64,000 bases of DNA, taken from sequence record NC_005083.2; one strand, written 5' to 3'. The position numbers and the translations under genes are program-made. The notes under the pieces were generated by a model. The model made no database searches, was not told the origin of the DNA, and saw nothing but the letters and a program-made list of their open reading frames with translations. Positions 8,639-17,235 of this stretch are shown one piece after another (position 1 is the first letter of the stretch; each line of letters starts with the position of its first letter).

Positions 8639-9307
8639 ATGTTAGACAAAAATAAAGTAGATCCAGTACTTGGACAAAAAGTTGAAGCGCATCTTCGTAA
8701 AATCGGGATGCACACGCCGACTGTTGAAAACGGTCTAACTGATGATGAAAAGAAAGCTATTCTTGAAGATCGTTTCACTGACATCATGCAAGCTCTTGGT
8801 CTTGACTTATCAGACGATTCATTAGTTGATACTCCGAAGCGTTGGGCTAAGATGATGGTGAATGAGCTTATGAGCGGTCTATCGCCAGATATGTTCCCGA
8901 AATGTACTGCTGTAGACAACAAGATGAACTACGATCAGATGGTTTGTGAAAAAGGAATTACTGTTCTTTCTCAGTGTGAGCATCACATCGTAACAATCGA
9001 CGGCTTTGCCACTGTCGCATACATTCCGAAGAACAAAGTTCTTGGTCTGTCGAAAATGAATCGCATCGTTGAGTACTTCGCTCGTCGTCCGCAGATTCAA
9101 GAACGTCTGACTGTTCAAATCGCTGAAGCACTGAAGTTCATTCTTGAAACTGAAGACGTAGCGGTATTGATCGACGCCAAACACTATTGCGTGAAAGCAC
9201 GCGGTGTTGAAGATAACAACTCAAGCACAGTGACTAGCCACTTATCTGGTGCTTTCCGTAACGAACCAGAGGCTCGCGCTGAGTTTATGTCACTTGCACG
9301 AGGGTAA
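8639..9307 (+). CDS. folE: GTP cyclohydrolase I
   Basis: DTPKRWAKM, SQCEHH, GLSKMNRIV, RPQIQERLT, HYCVKARGV. Confidence 0.97.
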   Translation: MLDKNKVDPVLGQKVEAHLRKIGMHTPTVENGLTDDEKKAILEDRFTDIMQALGLDLSDDSLVDTPKRWAKMMVNELMSGLSPDMFPKCTAVDNKMNYDQMVCEKGITVLSQCEHHIVTIDGFATVAYIPKNKVLGLSKMNRIVEYFARRPQIQERLTVQIAEALKFILETEDVAVLIDAKHYCVKARGVEDNNSSTVTSHLSGAFRNEPEARAEFMSLARG

Positions 9308-9310
9308 TTG

Positions 9311-10687
9311 ATGATAATTGAATACGTTATGTCTGCGACGGGTCATGCTCGTCTCGGCGCAGCACATAAGCTAATGGACGTGGTTGACACGTCCTATTTG
9401 CGCGACATTTTAAATGCAGCGCAAGATCTCGACGGCGTTCACAAAATCAGTATGCTGTACAATGCATATACTGAAAAGAAAGTCGGTCATCAAATCAATG
9501 ACTTGTTCGGTGATTCTGTATACAAGGTACACGTCGATTCGGGTGGTCTACAGATAGTCAACTTGGGTTTAGAGAACACGCCCGAACTTCGCAAAGCAGT
9601 ATACGAGAATCAAGCAGAATCTGGTGATATTGGCATGTGTTTTGACGAAATCCCATTGCACAACGAAGCAAAGGGTGGTGGCGCTGCTCGTATCAACACG
9701 AAAGACAAGGTCTTCATGTATGATCTAGCGTACAAGTACGGCGTCAAAACAGGTAAGAACATTCGCGCACAAATCGAAACTTATATCGAGAAGGGTAGCA
9801 AATGCAAACCGTATATCATCTTACAAGGCAACTCAGACGACGACTTTAAAGCATTCAGTGACGGGATTATGTCTCAACTCGAAGGCGTTGAAGATCACAT
9901 TGCTGGTTGTGCTGCTGCCGATACATGCATTGGTAATGGCGTACGTGAGTCTATCGACATGATGAGCGTCATTCCGAAACTCAACATCCCAGAGAAAGCA
10001 AAGAAATCAGTGCATATGCTGGGAGTTGGCTCAGTTAAACGTCTATTGCCTGCTGTAGCACTTATCAGAAGTGGTTATTTTGGTGATGACTTTCATATCA
10101 GCTATGACTCATCAACGCATACTGGATGTCTGACTAACCGAGAATACACAGACAAGCTTGGTCGCCGTCGTAAAATCTCAGGTCACGGAATTATGAAAGA
10201 TGGTAAGAAATTGCCTTCTCGTGAGCTTGATGAAATGCTAGATGAAGTGTGGGGTCGATTCGGTCATACTCTACCGCGTAGCAAAGAAGAGTTCAAGGAA
10301 TTCGCGACACGTCTGTGGTTGAAAGAACTCGACAAAGAAACAATGACTGACGAAGATATTGTGTTTGAAGTTGCTTGCAACTTGTGTATAATCTTATCAC
10401 AAGTCAACAACTTTCAAGCGATTATCTCTGAAACGTTTGACTTGAATACGCCAAAAGCTGCTGATTTGTCAGCGTTCTTCGGTGGTTCTATTGAGAAAAA
10501 AGAGCCGCAAGAGGGATTCAAGAAGTGGTCAGCGATTCGTCGTCTTGATGTTCTTGATAAACTACTTGACGTTAAAACTATCGAAGCATATGATCGCTGG
10601 CACAGTAGCTATGTTGATAGACTACCGTCAATGCGCATTCGTCGCGGCACAACTGCTGAATTCCCAGCTTTCAAAGAACAAGAATAG
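9311..10687 (+). CDS. dpdA: TGT-fold 7-deazaguanine transglycosylase, DpdA-like (DNA-targeting inferred)
   Basis: HVDSGGLQ, CFDEIP, ILQG, HMLGVGS, SYDSS motifs; inside the queD-folE-queF-queC cluster; no CxCxxC Zn site typical of bacterial tRNA TGT. Confidence 0.75.
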   Translation: MIIEYVMSATGHARLGAAHKLMDVVDTSYLRDILNAAQDLDGVHKISMLYNAYTEKKVGHQINDLFGDSVYKVHVDSGGLQIVNLGLENTPELRKAVYENQAESGDIGMCFDEIPLHNEAKGGGAARINTKDKVFMYDLAYKYGVKTGKNIRAQIETYIEKGSKCKPYIILQGNSDDDFKAFSDGIMSQLEGVEDHIAGCAAADTCIGNGVRESIDMMSVIPKLNIPEKAKKSVHMLGVGSVKRLLPAVALIRSGYFGDDFHISYDSSTHTGCLTNREYTDKLGRRRKISGHGIMKDGKKLPSRELDEMLDEVWGRFGHTLPRSKEEFKEFATRLWLKELDKETMTDEDIVFEVACNLCIILSQVNNFQAIISETFDLNTPKAADLSAFFGGSIEKKEPQEGFKKWSAIRRLDVLDKLLDVKTIEAYDRWHSSYVDRLPSMRIRRGTTAEFPAFKEQE

Positions 10688-10701
10688 CGCCTTCGGGCGC
10701 T
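10686..10701 (+). other. Intercistronic UUCG hairpin
   Basis: agcgcc-ttcg-ggcgct, only a weak U tract after it. Confidence 0.65.
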
Positions 10702-10716
10702 CTTTATGAGGTAAAC

Positions 10717-11625
10717 ATGAGCAATTATGATCAAGTTTCAGCTATTGCTGCTGAACATTTAGGTAAAAAAGCTGGCGATTACAGCGATTTCGTTGACATC
10801 GTAGAAGTTCGCCCTGATTTACTCGTGCCAATCCCGCGTGAACTGAATCGAACTGACTACGGTATCACAAATGAAGACTTTGCAGGGTTTGATACGTGGC
10901 ATGGCTTCGAAGTTTCTGCACTGACTGAACAAGGTCTGCCTGTATCAGGCATGGCTAAAGTAGTGTATCCGAGTGATTCACCGAACATCGTTGAAAGTAA
11001 ATCAATGAAACTGTACTGGAACAGCTTCAACATGGCTAAAGTCGCTGCGACTCGTGCTGAAGTGAAAGATGCAATTGAAGCAATCGCGTCGCGTGATCTA
11101 TCTGAAGTCATCGGTGCGCCTGTTCAAGTAAGTTTCTTCACTGAAAAACTAACTCAACCGCATGGTATGACTGGCTTTGCTGAACTCGACAAATATGTTT
11201 CTGAATCGACTGTGTTTGACTCTGAGAGTGGTGCTGACGCTGATCTATTGCAAGAGTCGCACATCAAGAAACTGAAAGTGTTCACGCCTAATCTGCGTTC
11301 AAACTGTCGCGTTACACATCAACCCGACTTCGGTGATTTGTACGTATACATGAGCGGCGAAAAGACTCCGACTGTTGATAGTCTGATGCAATACATCGTT
11401 TCTTTCCGCAAAGAGAATCATTTCCATGAAGAATGCGTTGAAATGATTTACAAAGCGTTGCTTGACAAGTTCGACCCGACTGAACTGATGGTCACAGCGT
11501 TATACACACGTCGCGGTGGATGGAATATCTGTCCAGCACGAGCGACACACGAAGAGCTATTGCCAGAAGCACTTGGTAGTAAATCTGTCTCGCACACTAA
11601 CGGAAGTTGTTTATTCCGTCAGTAA
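10717..11625 (+). CDS. queF: PreQ0 nitrile reductase QueF (two-domain type)
   Basis: QueF motif VESKSMKLYW, catalytic CRVTHQPDF, FHEECVE, LYTRRGG. Confidence 0.95.
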   Translation: MSNYDQVSAIAAEHLGKKAGDYSDFVDIVEVRPDLLVPIPRELNRTDYGITNEDFAGFDTWHGFEVSALTEQGLPVSGMAKVVYPSDSPNIVESKSMKLYWNSFNMAKVAATRAEVKDAIEAIASRDLSEVIGAPVQVSFFTEKLTQPHGMTGFAELDKYVSESTVFDSESGADADLLQESHIKKLKVFTPNLRSNCRVTHQPDFGDLYVYMSGEKTPTVDSLMQYIVSFRKENHFHEECVEMIYKALLDKFDPTELMVTALYTRRGGWNICPARATHEELLPEALGSKSVSHTNGSCLFRQ

Positions 11626-11680
11626 TAAGAGCTATGATGAGTGTTCAATTGTGAGCACTCATATACTTGAGAGGTTAAAA

Positions 11681-12397
11681 ATGAAAGTAGTATCTGTTCT
11701 AAGCGGTGGCTTGGACTCAACAATCCTTACGTACAAACTAGTTGACGAATTCGGCAAAGACAATGTGTTTGCATTATCGTTCTACTACGGTCAAAAACAG
11801 TCGATTGAGCTAGAAAAAGCTAAATTGACTTGTCAAAAGCTCGGCATCGAGCATCGTCTAATTGACATTTCATTCTTAGGTGAAGTCGTCGCGCCAGTCT
11901 GTGCGAATATCGCTGGTTCAGATGTTGCTATGCCAACTATTCAAGATGTTCTCGGTGACCCTCAGCCACCAACTGAAGTTCCATATCGTAACATGCTATT
12001 GAACACAATCGCGTTCTCATTCGCACAAGCAAATGGTTGTTCAGCGGTGTTTACGGGTATTCAAGTGCATGACGCATATGGTTATTGGGACTGCACGCAA
12101 GATTTTCTTGACGGTATGAACAAAATTTCAGCACTGAATCGTCAACACGAAATCACATTACATGCGCCGTTCGCTCAAATGTCAAAAGCTGATGAAATCG
12201 CTATCGGTGTTGAGCTTGGTGTGCCGTTCGAGGATAGTCTGACTTGTTACGACCCGAACGAAGCTGGCGAAAGCTGTGGTAAATGTCCGTCGTGTGCTGA
12301 ACGCATCATGAACTTCGGCAAAGCTGGTATAGTCGATCCTGCGCCTTACTCAATTGACATCCCGTGGAAGCAAGTATTTGCTAAGGCAGGTCATTAA
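11681..12397 (+). CDS. queC: 7-cyano-7-deazaguanine synthase QueC
   Basis: SGGLDST, FYYGQK, VPYRN, YWDC, TCY...CGKCPSC; start moved from 11516 to 11681 after GAGAGG. Confidence 0.95.
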   Translation: MKVVSVLSGGLDSTILTYKLVDEFGKDNVFALSFYYGQKQSIELEKAKLTCQKLGIEHRLIDISFLGEVVAPVCANIAGSDVAMPTIQDVLGDPQPPTEVPYRNMLLNTIAFSFAQANGCSAVFTGIQVHDAYGYWDCTQDFLDGMNKISALNRQHEITLHAPFAQMSKADEIAIGVELGVPFEDSLTCYDPNEAGESCGKCPSCAERIMNFGKAGIVDPAPYSIDIPWKQVFAKAGH

Positions 12398-13005
12398 TGT
12401 GTGGATTATTTGCTGCTAGAAGCAAGCAAGAGCTTATTGAATTGTCAAAAAGCAACATTCATCGTGGTTCGCGTACTCACTCTGTGAGTACGTTTAAGAA
12501 CGGTCACGTGACGATTCATAAGTTTACAGGCGCGTTTGACGCGACGAATGTTCCCGATAGTGCAGATTTTTATATTTGTCACGTACAAGCACCGACGGGA
12601 ACAAGTGCTCAAGCACATCCCGCTATTGTGACAATCGAAGAGAATGGCCAATTACACGATTCACACGTGTGGCACAATGGCATTCTTAAAGATCATTACA
12701 TGAAAAAGCAGTCTCAAGATTGGGATACTGCACACATTGCCGAAGCAATTTGCTACGGAAAACTAAACGAACTTGACGGTACATTTGCTTGTTTTCACTT
12801 CATAAACGGTCATTTGCGTGTATTTCGCAATGAAATCAGCCCGCTGTTCATGAGTGAAGACGGGACATCGTTTAGCAGCACGCGAACGATTCTCACGCCA
12901 GAGCATGTTGAGCCGAATAAAGTGTTTAACATCGACTTGAAGACGTTTAAAATGTCAATCGTAAACGAGTTCAAGACTCTAGAAAACCCCTATTTCTTTA
13001 TGTGA
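12397..13005 (+). CDS. Class II (Ntn) glutamine amidotransferase-like protein, partner of QueC
   Basis: N-terminal MCGLF nucleophile Cys, WHNGIL, GTFA, RNEISPL; translationally coupled to queC. Confidence 0.8.
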   Translation: MCGLFAARSKQELIELSKSNIHRGSRTHSVSTFKNGHVTIHKFTGAFDATNVPDSADFYICHVQAPTGTSAQAHPAIVTIEENGQLHDSHVWHNGILKDHYMKKQSQDWDTAHIAEAICYGKLNELDGTFACFHFINGHLRVFRNEISPLFMSEDGTSFSSTRTILTPEHVEPNKVFNIDLKTFKMSIVNEFKTLENPYFFM

Positions 13006-13013
13006 GGTAAAAC

Positions 13014-13289
13014 ATGATTGAAGTGAATATCGACGACTTGCTTAAAAACGGCAAAGTCACATTTGAATTTGAGAAAGCAGACGGTACTATCAAGACAGTG
13101 ACTGGTACGCGCAATCTCGATTTCATCCCTGCTGAGTTTCACCCGAAAGAAAAGCCTTTAGCTGAAGGCGAGACGAAGCCAGAGAAAACAGAAAAGCAAA
13201 AAGCAACATGCGGTTATTTCGATCTTGAAGCTAACGGCTGGCGCTCATTCAAACGTGCAAATCTTCGCGAAGTAAAATCGTTTGTATAA
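13014..13289 (+). CDS. T4 a-gt.4-like (DUF2693/WYL_2) protein
   Basis: FEFEKADGTIKTVTGTRNLDFIP ... YFDLEANGWRSF resembles T4 a-gt.4. Confidence 0.75.
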   Translation: MIEVNIDDLLKNGKVTFEFEKADGTIKTVTGTRNLDFIPAEFHPKEKPLAEGETKPEKTEKQKATCGYFDLEANGWRSFKRANLREVKSFV

Positions 13290-13482
13290 CGACCCGTTTG
13301 CTGAACAATTGCGCGTCGGACAGTGGATTCTTCACAAGAAGACGGGTAATGTGTATATAGTAACGAGTAAAGGCAAACTCAAGTTCGACGGTAAATGGTA
13401 TAATTCTGTCACTTACACGAGCGAACTAGGCGACGTATATACAAGAACATACGACGACTTCCGCGGGTTTGAACTAGCATAA
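13282..13482 (+). CDS. Small protein, DUF1653-like
   Basis: WILHKKTGNVYIV...VTY...VYTR..DDF pattern; TTG start uncertain. Confidence 0.55.
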   Translation: MYNDPFAEQLRVGQWILHKKTGNVYIVTSKGKLKFDGKWYNSVTYTSELGDVYTRTYDDFRGFELA

Positions 13483-13587
13483 GTCCGCACTGAGAGACGG
13501 TCGCAGTGCGCTGATAAAACAGCGATCAACAAATAGGAGTGATGGGCCCTAACTCATCAATTCATCAACTTTCGTGAGATCTATATA

Positions 13588-13794
13588 ATGGCTACAGATA
13601 AAGAATTACTCAATGACGTAAACAACTTCTGGATTGGTTGGGATCAACGCGGTCCCGAGAGTCGAGATTACGATGTTGAGCACGGTAATATGCGCAAGAA
13701 ATGTCGTGAGTTTGAAGAGCGTAAGAAAGCTACAGACGAACGCATTGCAGCATTTGAAGAAACACGAAGCAAATACAAAAGACGAGAGAAATAA
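13588..13794 (+). CDS. Hypothetical protein, 68 aa
   Basis: ORF coupled to gp31. Confidence 0.75.
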   Translation: MATDKELLNDVNNFWIGWDQRGPESRDYDVEHGNMRKKCREFEERKKATDERIAAFEETRSKYKRREK

Positions 13795-14132
13795 TGACAC
13801 TTAAAGCATACGCAATGGGCGAACAAATCATCATCGACACAAAAGCTGTTAAAGAAGGTGAAGAAATCAAATCCGAAGGCGGCATCGTTCTAGGACGTGC
13901 AACACAAGGTGAAGTTCCGCTACACGGTATCGTAATTTCTGTCGGTGAAGACGTTGACCAAAACGTCATCAAAGTCGGTGATAAAGTTCTATTACCACAA
14001 GGCAATATGAAAAACGTTCCAGATCCACGCATTATCGCAGGTATCATGAAGCCAGATGATCAAGACCGCGCACTCTGGGTACACACTCACTACAAAAATA
14101 TCGCGGCTGTGTATCGCGACGACGAGGAATAA
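13794..14132 (+). CDS. gp31: Head-assembly co-chaperonin (GroES analogue)
   Basis: GGIVLG..QGEVP..IVISVGEDV...VGD...LPQG..NVPDP...THYK aligns by eye with T4 gp31. Confidence 0.92.
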   Translation: MTLKAYAMGEQIIIDTKAVKEGEEIKSEGGIVLGRATQGEVPLHGIVISVGEDVDQNVIKVGDKVLLPQGNMKNVPDPRIIAGIMKPDDQDRALWVHTHYKNIAAVYRDDEE

Positions 14133-14133
14133 G

Positions 14134-14523
14134 ATGAACGACAACTTACGAATGATTGAAGTTTCAGCAACTGGTTACTACAGCAACGCTACAGCGGCAC
14201 ATACTTGTTGGGTGACTGCTGAATTCGTTGAGAAGTACGAAGACGAAATCAGAAAGTTCGATTTCTACTTCAGCGACCTTGATGGTAAGCATTCTGAAAC
14301 TCATGCTGATATTGAAATCTACTCTGACCAACGTGATATGGCATTGGCGTGGAGCGAATCTCAAGGTGAAGATTGGTCAATTACTGAAATCATGTTCGAC
14401 CAAGATGTGTTTGAAGATGCTGATATTGAAGAAATGATCAGCTTGAACGAAGACATGAACAACACGATTGAAGTCAAGACACAAACAGTCATCACAATCG
14501 GTACTGAAACTATCGTTGTATAA
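14134..14523 (+). CDS. Very acidic hypothetical protein, 129 aa
   Basis: Start moved from 14056 (GAGG RBS); about 30 D/E vs 7 K/R by hand count. Confidence 0.8.
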   Translation: MNDNLRMIEVSATGYYSNATAAHTCWVTAEFVEKYEDEIRKFDFYFSDLDGKHSETHADIEIYSDQRDMALAWSESQGEDWSITEIMFDQDVFEDADIEEMISLNEDMNNTIEVKTQTVITIGTETIVV

Positions 14524-14552
14524 TTCAGCGAAAAGTGAAAGTATAGTTACAC

Positions 14553-14578
14553 AAAAGGGAGCTAATTGCTCCCTTTTT
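14553..14578. terminator. Bidirectional Rho-independent terminator
   Basis: aaaa-gggagc-taatt-gctccc-ttttt between convergent genes. Confidence 0.9.
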
Positions 14579-14579
14579 G

Positions 14580-15089
14580 CTATTCATCATCTTCGGCGTA
14601 ACCATACTTGTTGTTATCAAAGTCACAACGCGGGTTATGCAAGAAACTCTTTCTATAAATCTTCTCTAAATCACTCTTCTTAGCGTTGTCTGGGTACTTA
14701 ATACCAAGACTGTCCAGGTGTTCCTTTTGCTCTTGTAGCTTCAAACGACTGAAGATCTTAGTTTGGTCTTTCGGATGTTGTGGATGATAATCATTATCTG
14801 AGTAATCGGCTTCTAGGTAATCAACGAGATTACGCAACCACTGAACGTAATTGATTCCACGACCCTTCAAACCAGAGCGAGTGAACTTGTGAATAACAAC
14901 ACCTTCGTAAGTGTTGCACGCACGACAAAGAACGCCACGGATATGCCCAGTATTATGGTCATGATCAGTATGCGGTGTGCTCTTCTCTTCACTCAGTTTC
15001 GTCCCACATAACACACAACGGTCAAGTTGGCTCATGATGAGTTCGTTGCGGCATTCGGTCAGTTCTGATTGTTTTAATTGCTTGCTCAT
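14580..15089 (-). CDS. gp49: Endonuclease VII (Holliday junction resolvase) homolog
   Basis: CVLC...HTDHDH...IRGVLCRACN; HKFTRSGLKGRGINYVQWLRNLVDYL closely follows T4 gp49. Confidence 0.92.
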   Translation of the reverse strand: MSKQLKQSELTECRNELIMSQLDRCVLCGTKLSEEKSTPHTDHDHNTGHIRGVLCRACNTYEGVVIHKFTRSGLKGRGINYVQWLRNLVDYLEADYSDNDYHPQHPKDQTKIFSRLKLQEQKEHLDSLGIKYPDNAKKSDLEKIYRKSFLHNPRCDFDNNKYGYAEDDE

Positions 15090-15109
15090 GTATTTTTCTC
15101 AAAAAGTTA

Positions 15110-15138
15110 TTGACTATACTCTTGTTTATATGTACAAT
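15110..15138 (+). promoter_or_regulatory. sigma70-type promoter
   Basis: TTGACT, 17 bp, TACAAT, preceded by an A tract. Confidence 0.8.
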
Positions 15139-15168
15139 GAGAAGGCAAATTCGTATAAGGAATATAAC

Positions 15169-15423
15169 ATGGCAGCAAGACTATTAAGACAACGACTTGA
15201 AACACTCGCGTTGTGTGAGTTTAGTCAAGTTGAAGTGCGATACTTCGAAAACGGTAGCGAACGCTACAAAACACCCGAACTGACATTCGATGTAGATGCG
15301 AATTCAGCAATCATTGTAATGTCAGACTCAGCCGGTCGAGTTGAATACTCAGACACTGAGATTGAAAAACAAATCGCGAGTCTTGAAGAACTCGCACATC
15401 GTGAACGCTTTTTAGGAATTTAA
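15169..15423 (+). CDS. Hypothetical protein, 84 aa
   Basis: Start moved from 14977 (AAGGA RBS). Confidence 0.8.
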   Translation: MAARLLRQRLETLALCEFSQVEVRYFENGSERYKTPELTFDVDANSAIIVMSDSAGRVEYSDTEIEKQIASLEELAHRERFLGI

Positions 15424-15432
15424 GGTAAATTT

Positions 15433-16440
15433 ATGAGCTTTGTGAAATACACATCATTAGAAAACAGCTACCGTCAAGCATTCGTAGACAAATGCGACAT
15501 GCTTGGCGTTCGCGAGTGGGTAGCACTTGAGAAGATTCATGGTGCAAACTTCAGTTTCATCGTCGAGTTCAAGCCGAATGAAGCACAAGACGGCGCAGAA
15601 TTCACTGTAACGCCCGCTAAACGCACTTCTACTATCGGTGCTAACGTTATGGGCGATTACGACTTCTACGGCTGTACGAGCGTTGTAGAAGCTCACACGG
15701 CGAAGATGGAAGCAATCTCAAACTGGCTGTGGGCGCGTGGGATCATCAATGTAGGTGAAACAATCATCGTCTACGGTGAACTTGCAGGCAAAGGCGTTCA
15801 GAAAGAAGTGAACTACGGTGATAAAGACTTCTGGGCTTACGACATCTTGCTGCCTGAAACAGGCAAGTTTCTAGATTGGGATGTCGTGCTCGAAGCGTGT
15901 GAGTTTGCAAAAGTCAAGACGACTCACGAAATTGCTCGTGGCACACTCGATGAACTACTTCGAATTGACCCCCTCTTCAGAAGCTTTCACACGCCCGCTG
16001 ACGTTGACGGTGATAATGTAGCAGAAGGGTTCGTTGTTAAGCAATTACGCAATGAGAAACGCTTACACAACGGTTCTCGTGCAATTCTTAAGGTCAAGAA
16101 CGATAAGTTCAAAGAGAAAAAGAACAAAGCAGGTAAAACTCCGCGTGCTGCTGTTGTTCTTACTGAAGAGCAAGAGAAACTACACGCTGCGTTTAGCTGC
16201 TACTTAACGGAAAACCGTTTACGCAACGTGCTAAGTAAGCTTGAGACTGTGACACAAAAGCAGTTCGGGATGATCAGCGGTTTATTCATCAAAGACGCCA
16301 AAGATGAGTTTGAGCGTGACGAACTCAACGAAACGGCAATTGCTCGTGATGATTGGGACGTGATCAAGCGTTCACTGACGAATATCGCCAATGAAATTTT
16401 ACGCAAGAACTGGCTGGATATTCTAGACGGGAATTTCTAA
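15433..16440 (+). CDS. rnlB: RNA ligase 2
   Basis: Motif I EKIHGANF, motif III VYGELAG, FWAYDI, motif IV EGFVVK, motif V ILKVKN; 335 aa. Confidence 0.95.
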   Translation: MSFVKYTSLENSYRQAFVDKCDMLGVREWVALEKIHGANFSFIVEFKPNEAQDGAEFTVTPAKRTSTIGANVMGDYDFYGCTSVVEAHTAKMEAISNWLWARGIINVGETIIVYGELAGKGVQKEVNYGDKDFWAYDILLPETGKFLDWDVVLEACEFAKVKTTHEIARGTLDELLRIDPLFRSFHTPADVDGDNVAEGFVVKQLRNEKRLHNGSRAILKVKNDKFKEKKNKAGKTPRAAVVLTEEQEKLHAAFSCYLTENRLRNVLSKLETVTQKQFGMISGLFIKDAKDEFERDELNETAIARDDWDVIKRSLTNIANEILRKNWLDILDGNF

Positions 16441-16442
16441 AC

Positions 16443-16637
16443 TTGAAAAAGCGTGCGTGGTTCTTTGTATTTTGCGGAATCGGTGCTATAAGCTACTTCG
16501 GTGGCTTATTCTTAGCGTCGCTGCTTATCTCGAAGTCAATCGAAGCATCTATAATGTTCATCGGAATCGTGTTTCTAGCCCTCTTAAATACAATCAGAGC
16601 GGGCATCGAAGAAGATGAAAACAACAAAGCCCCTTAA
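16443..16637 (+). CDS. Small membrane protein, 64 aa
   Basis: Two hydrophobic segments; TTG start. Confidence 0.6.
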   Translation: MKKRAWFFVFCGIGAISYFGGLFLASLLISKSIEASIMFIGIVFLALLNTIRAGIEEDENNKAP

Positions 16638-16650
16638 TTGGGGCTTTTTT
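16627..16650 (+). terminator. Rho-independent terminator
   Basis: aagcccc-ttaatt-ggggc-tttttt. Confidence 0.9.
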
Positions 16651-16664
16651 ATGGGTGAAAGAAA

Positions 16665-17213
16665 ATGGCATTTATGAAAAAAGAGAAAGACGCAAAAGAC
16701 ATTACCGAAGCAGATATGCAGTACGCAATTGCAGTACAAAGCGTATGGATTCACAAGCGCTACACAGCGATTATTCCAAACTGTTACACCAAATGGGATA
16801 ATGAAGCTGATCTGTTTGCTATTCGTTCAAGTGGTCTTTGTGATGAGATTGAAATCAAAGTATCCAAAGCTGATTTTCGAATTGATGAACAAAAATCCGT
16901 TAAGGTCATCGACGAAAGTACGCCAAATTTACGTTGGCATCGTTATGAAGGCGTTCCAAAACGCACAGCATTGCAAGATGGTAAAATGTCGAACTACTTC
17001 TGGTATGCATTCCCTAAAGGGCTTGTAGACCACTCTGAAGTCCCAGAATGGGCTGGTATAATCGAAGTGGATGGATTTCTGAACGCCAGAGAAGTAAGAA
17101 TGCCAAAACGTCTGCATGGCGGTAAGATGACAATCGAAGAACAGCTAAAGCAAATCAAGAAACTTGGATATCGCTTCTGGAATCTGGTTAAAAAGAACAA
17201 AAAGGAACAGTGA
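16665..17213 (+). CDS. PD-(D/E)xK-like nuclease, MmcB/DUF1052-like
   Basis: EADLFAI...DEIEIKVSKADF...D..K and NYFWYAFP...GIIEV. Confidence 0.65.
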   Translation: MAFMKKEKDAKDITEADMQYAIAVQSVWIHKRYTAIIPNCYTKWDNEADLFAIRSSGLCDEIEIKVSKADFRIDEQKSVKVIDESTPNLRWHRYEGVPKRTALQDGKMSNYFWYAFPKGLVDHSEVPEWAGIIEVDGFLNAREVRMPKRLHGGKMTIEEQLKQIKKLGYRFWNLVKKNKKEQ

Positions 17214-17233
17214 GGCGGAAAAATTCCGCATCA
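17211..17233 (+). other. Hairpin overlapping stop codon
   Basis: tgaggcgga-aaaat-tccgcatca with one mismatch. Confidence 0.5.
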
Positions 17234-17235
17234 TC

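Noticed and set aside
9311-10687. Canonical tRNA-guanine transglycosylase (tgt)
   Set aside because: Lacks the C-terminal CxCxxC...H Zn site and is highly diverged; a DpdA-like call fits better, though the substrate is unproven.
11637-11662. preQ1 riboswitch upstream of queC
   Set aside because: Simple 10-bp hairpin with a 6-nt loop; lacks the longer loop and 3' A-rich tail of preQ1-I aptamers.
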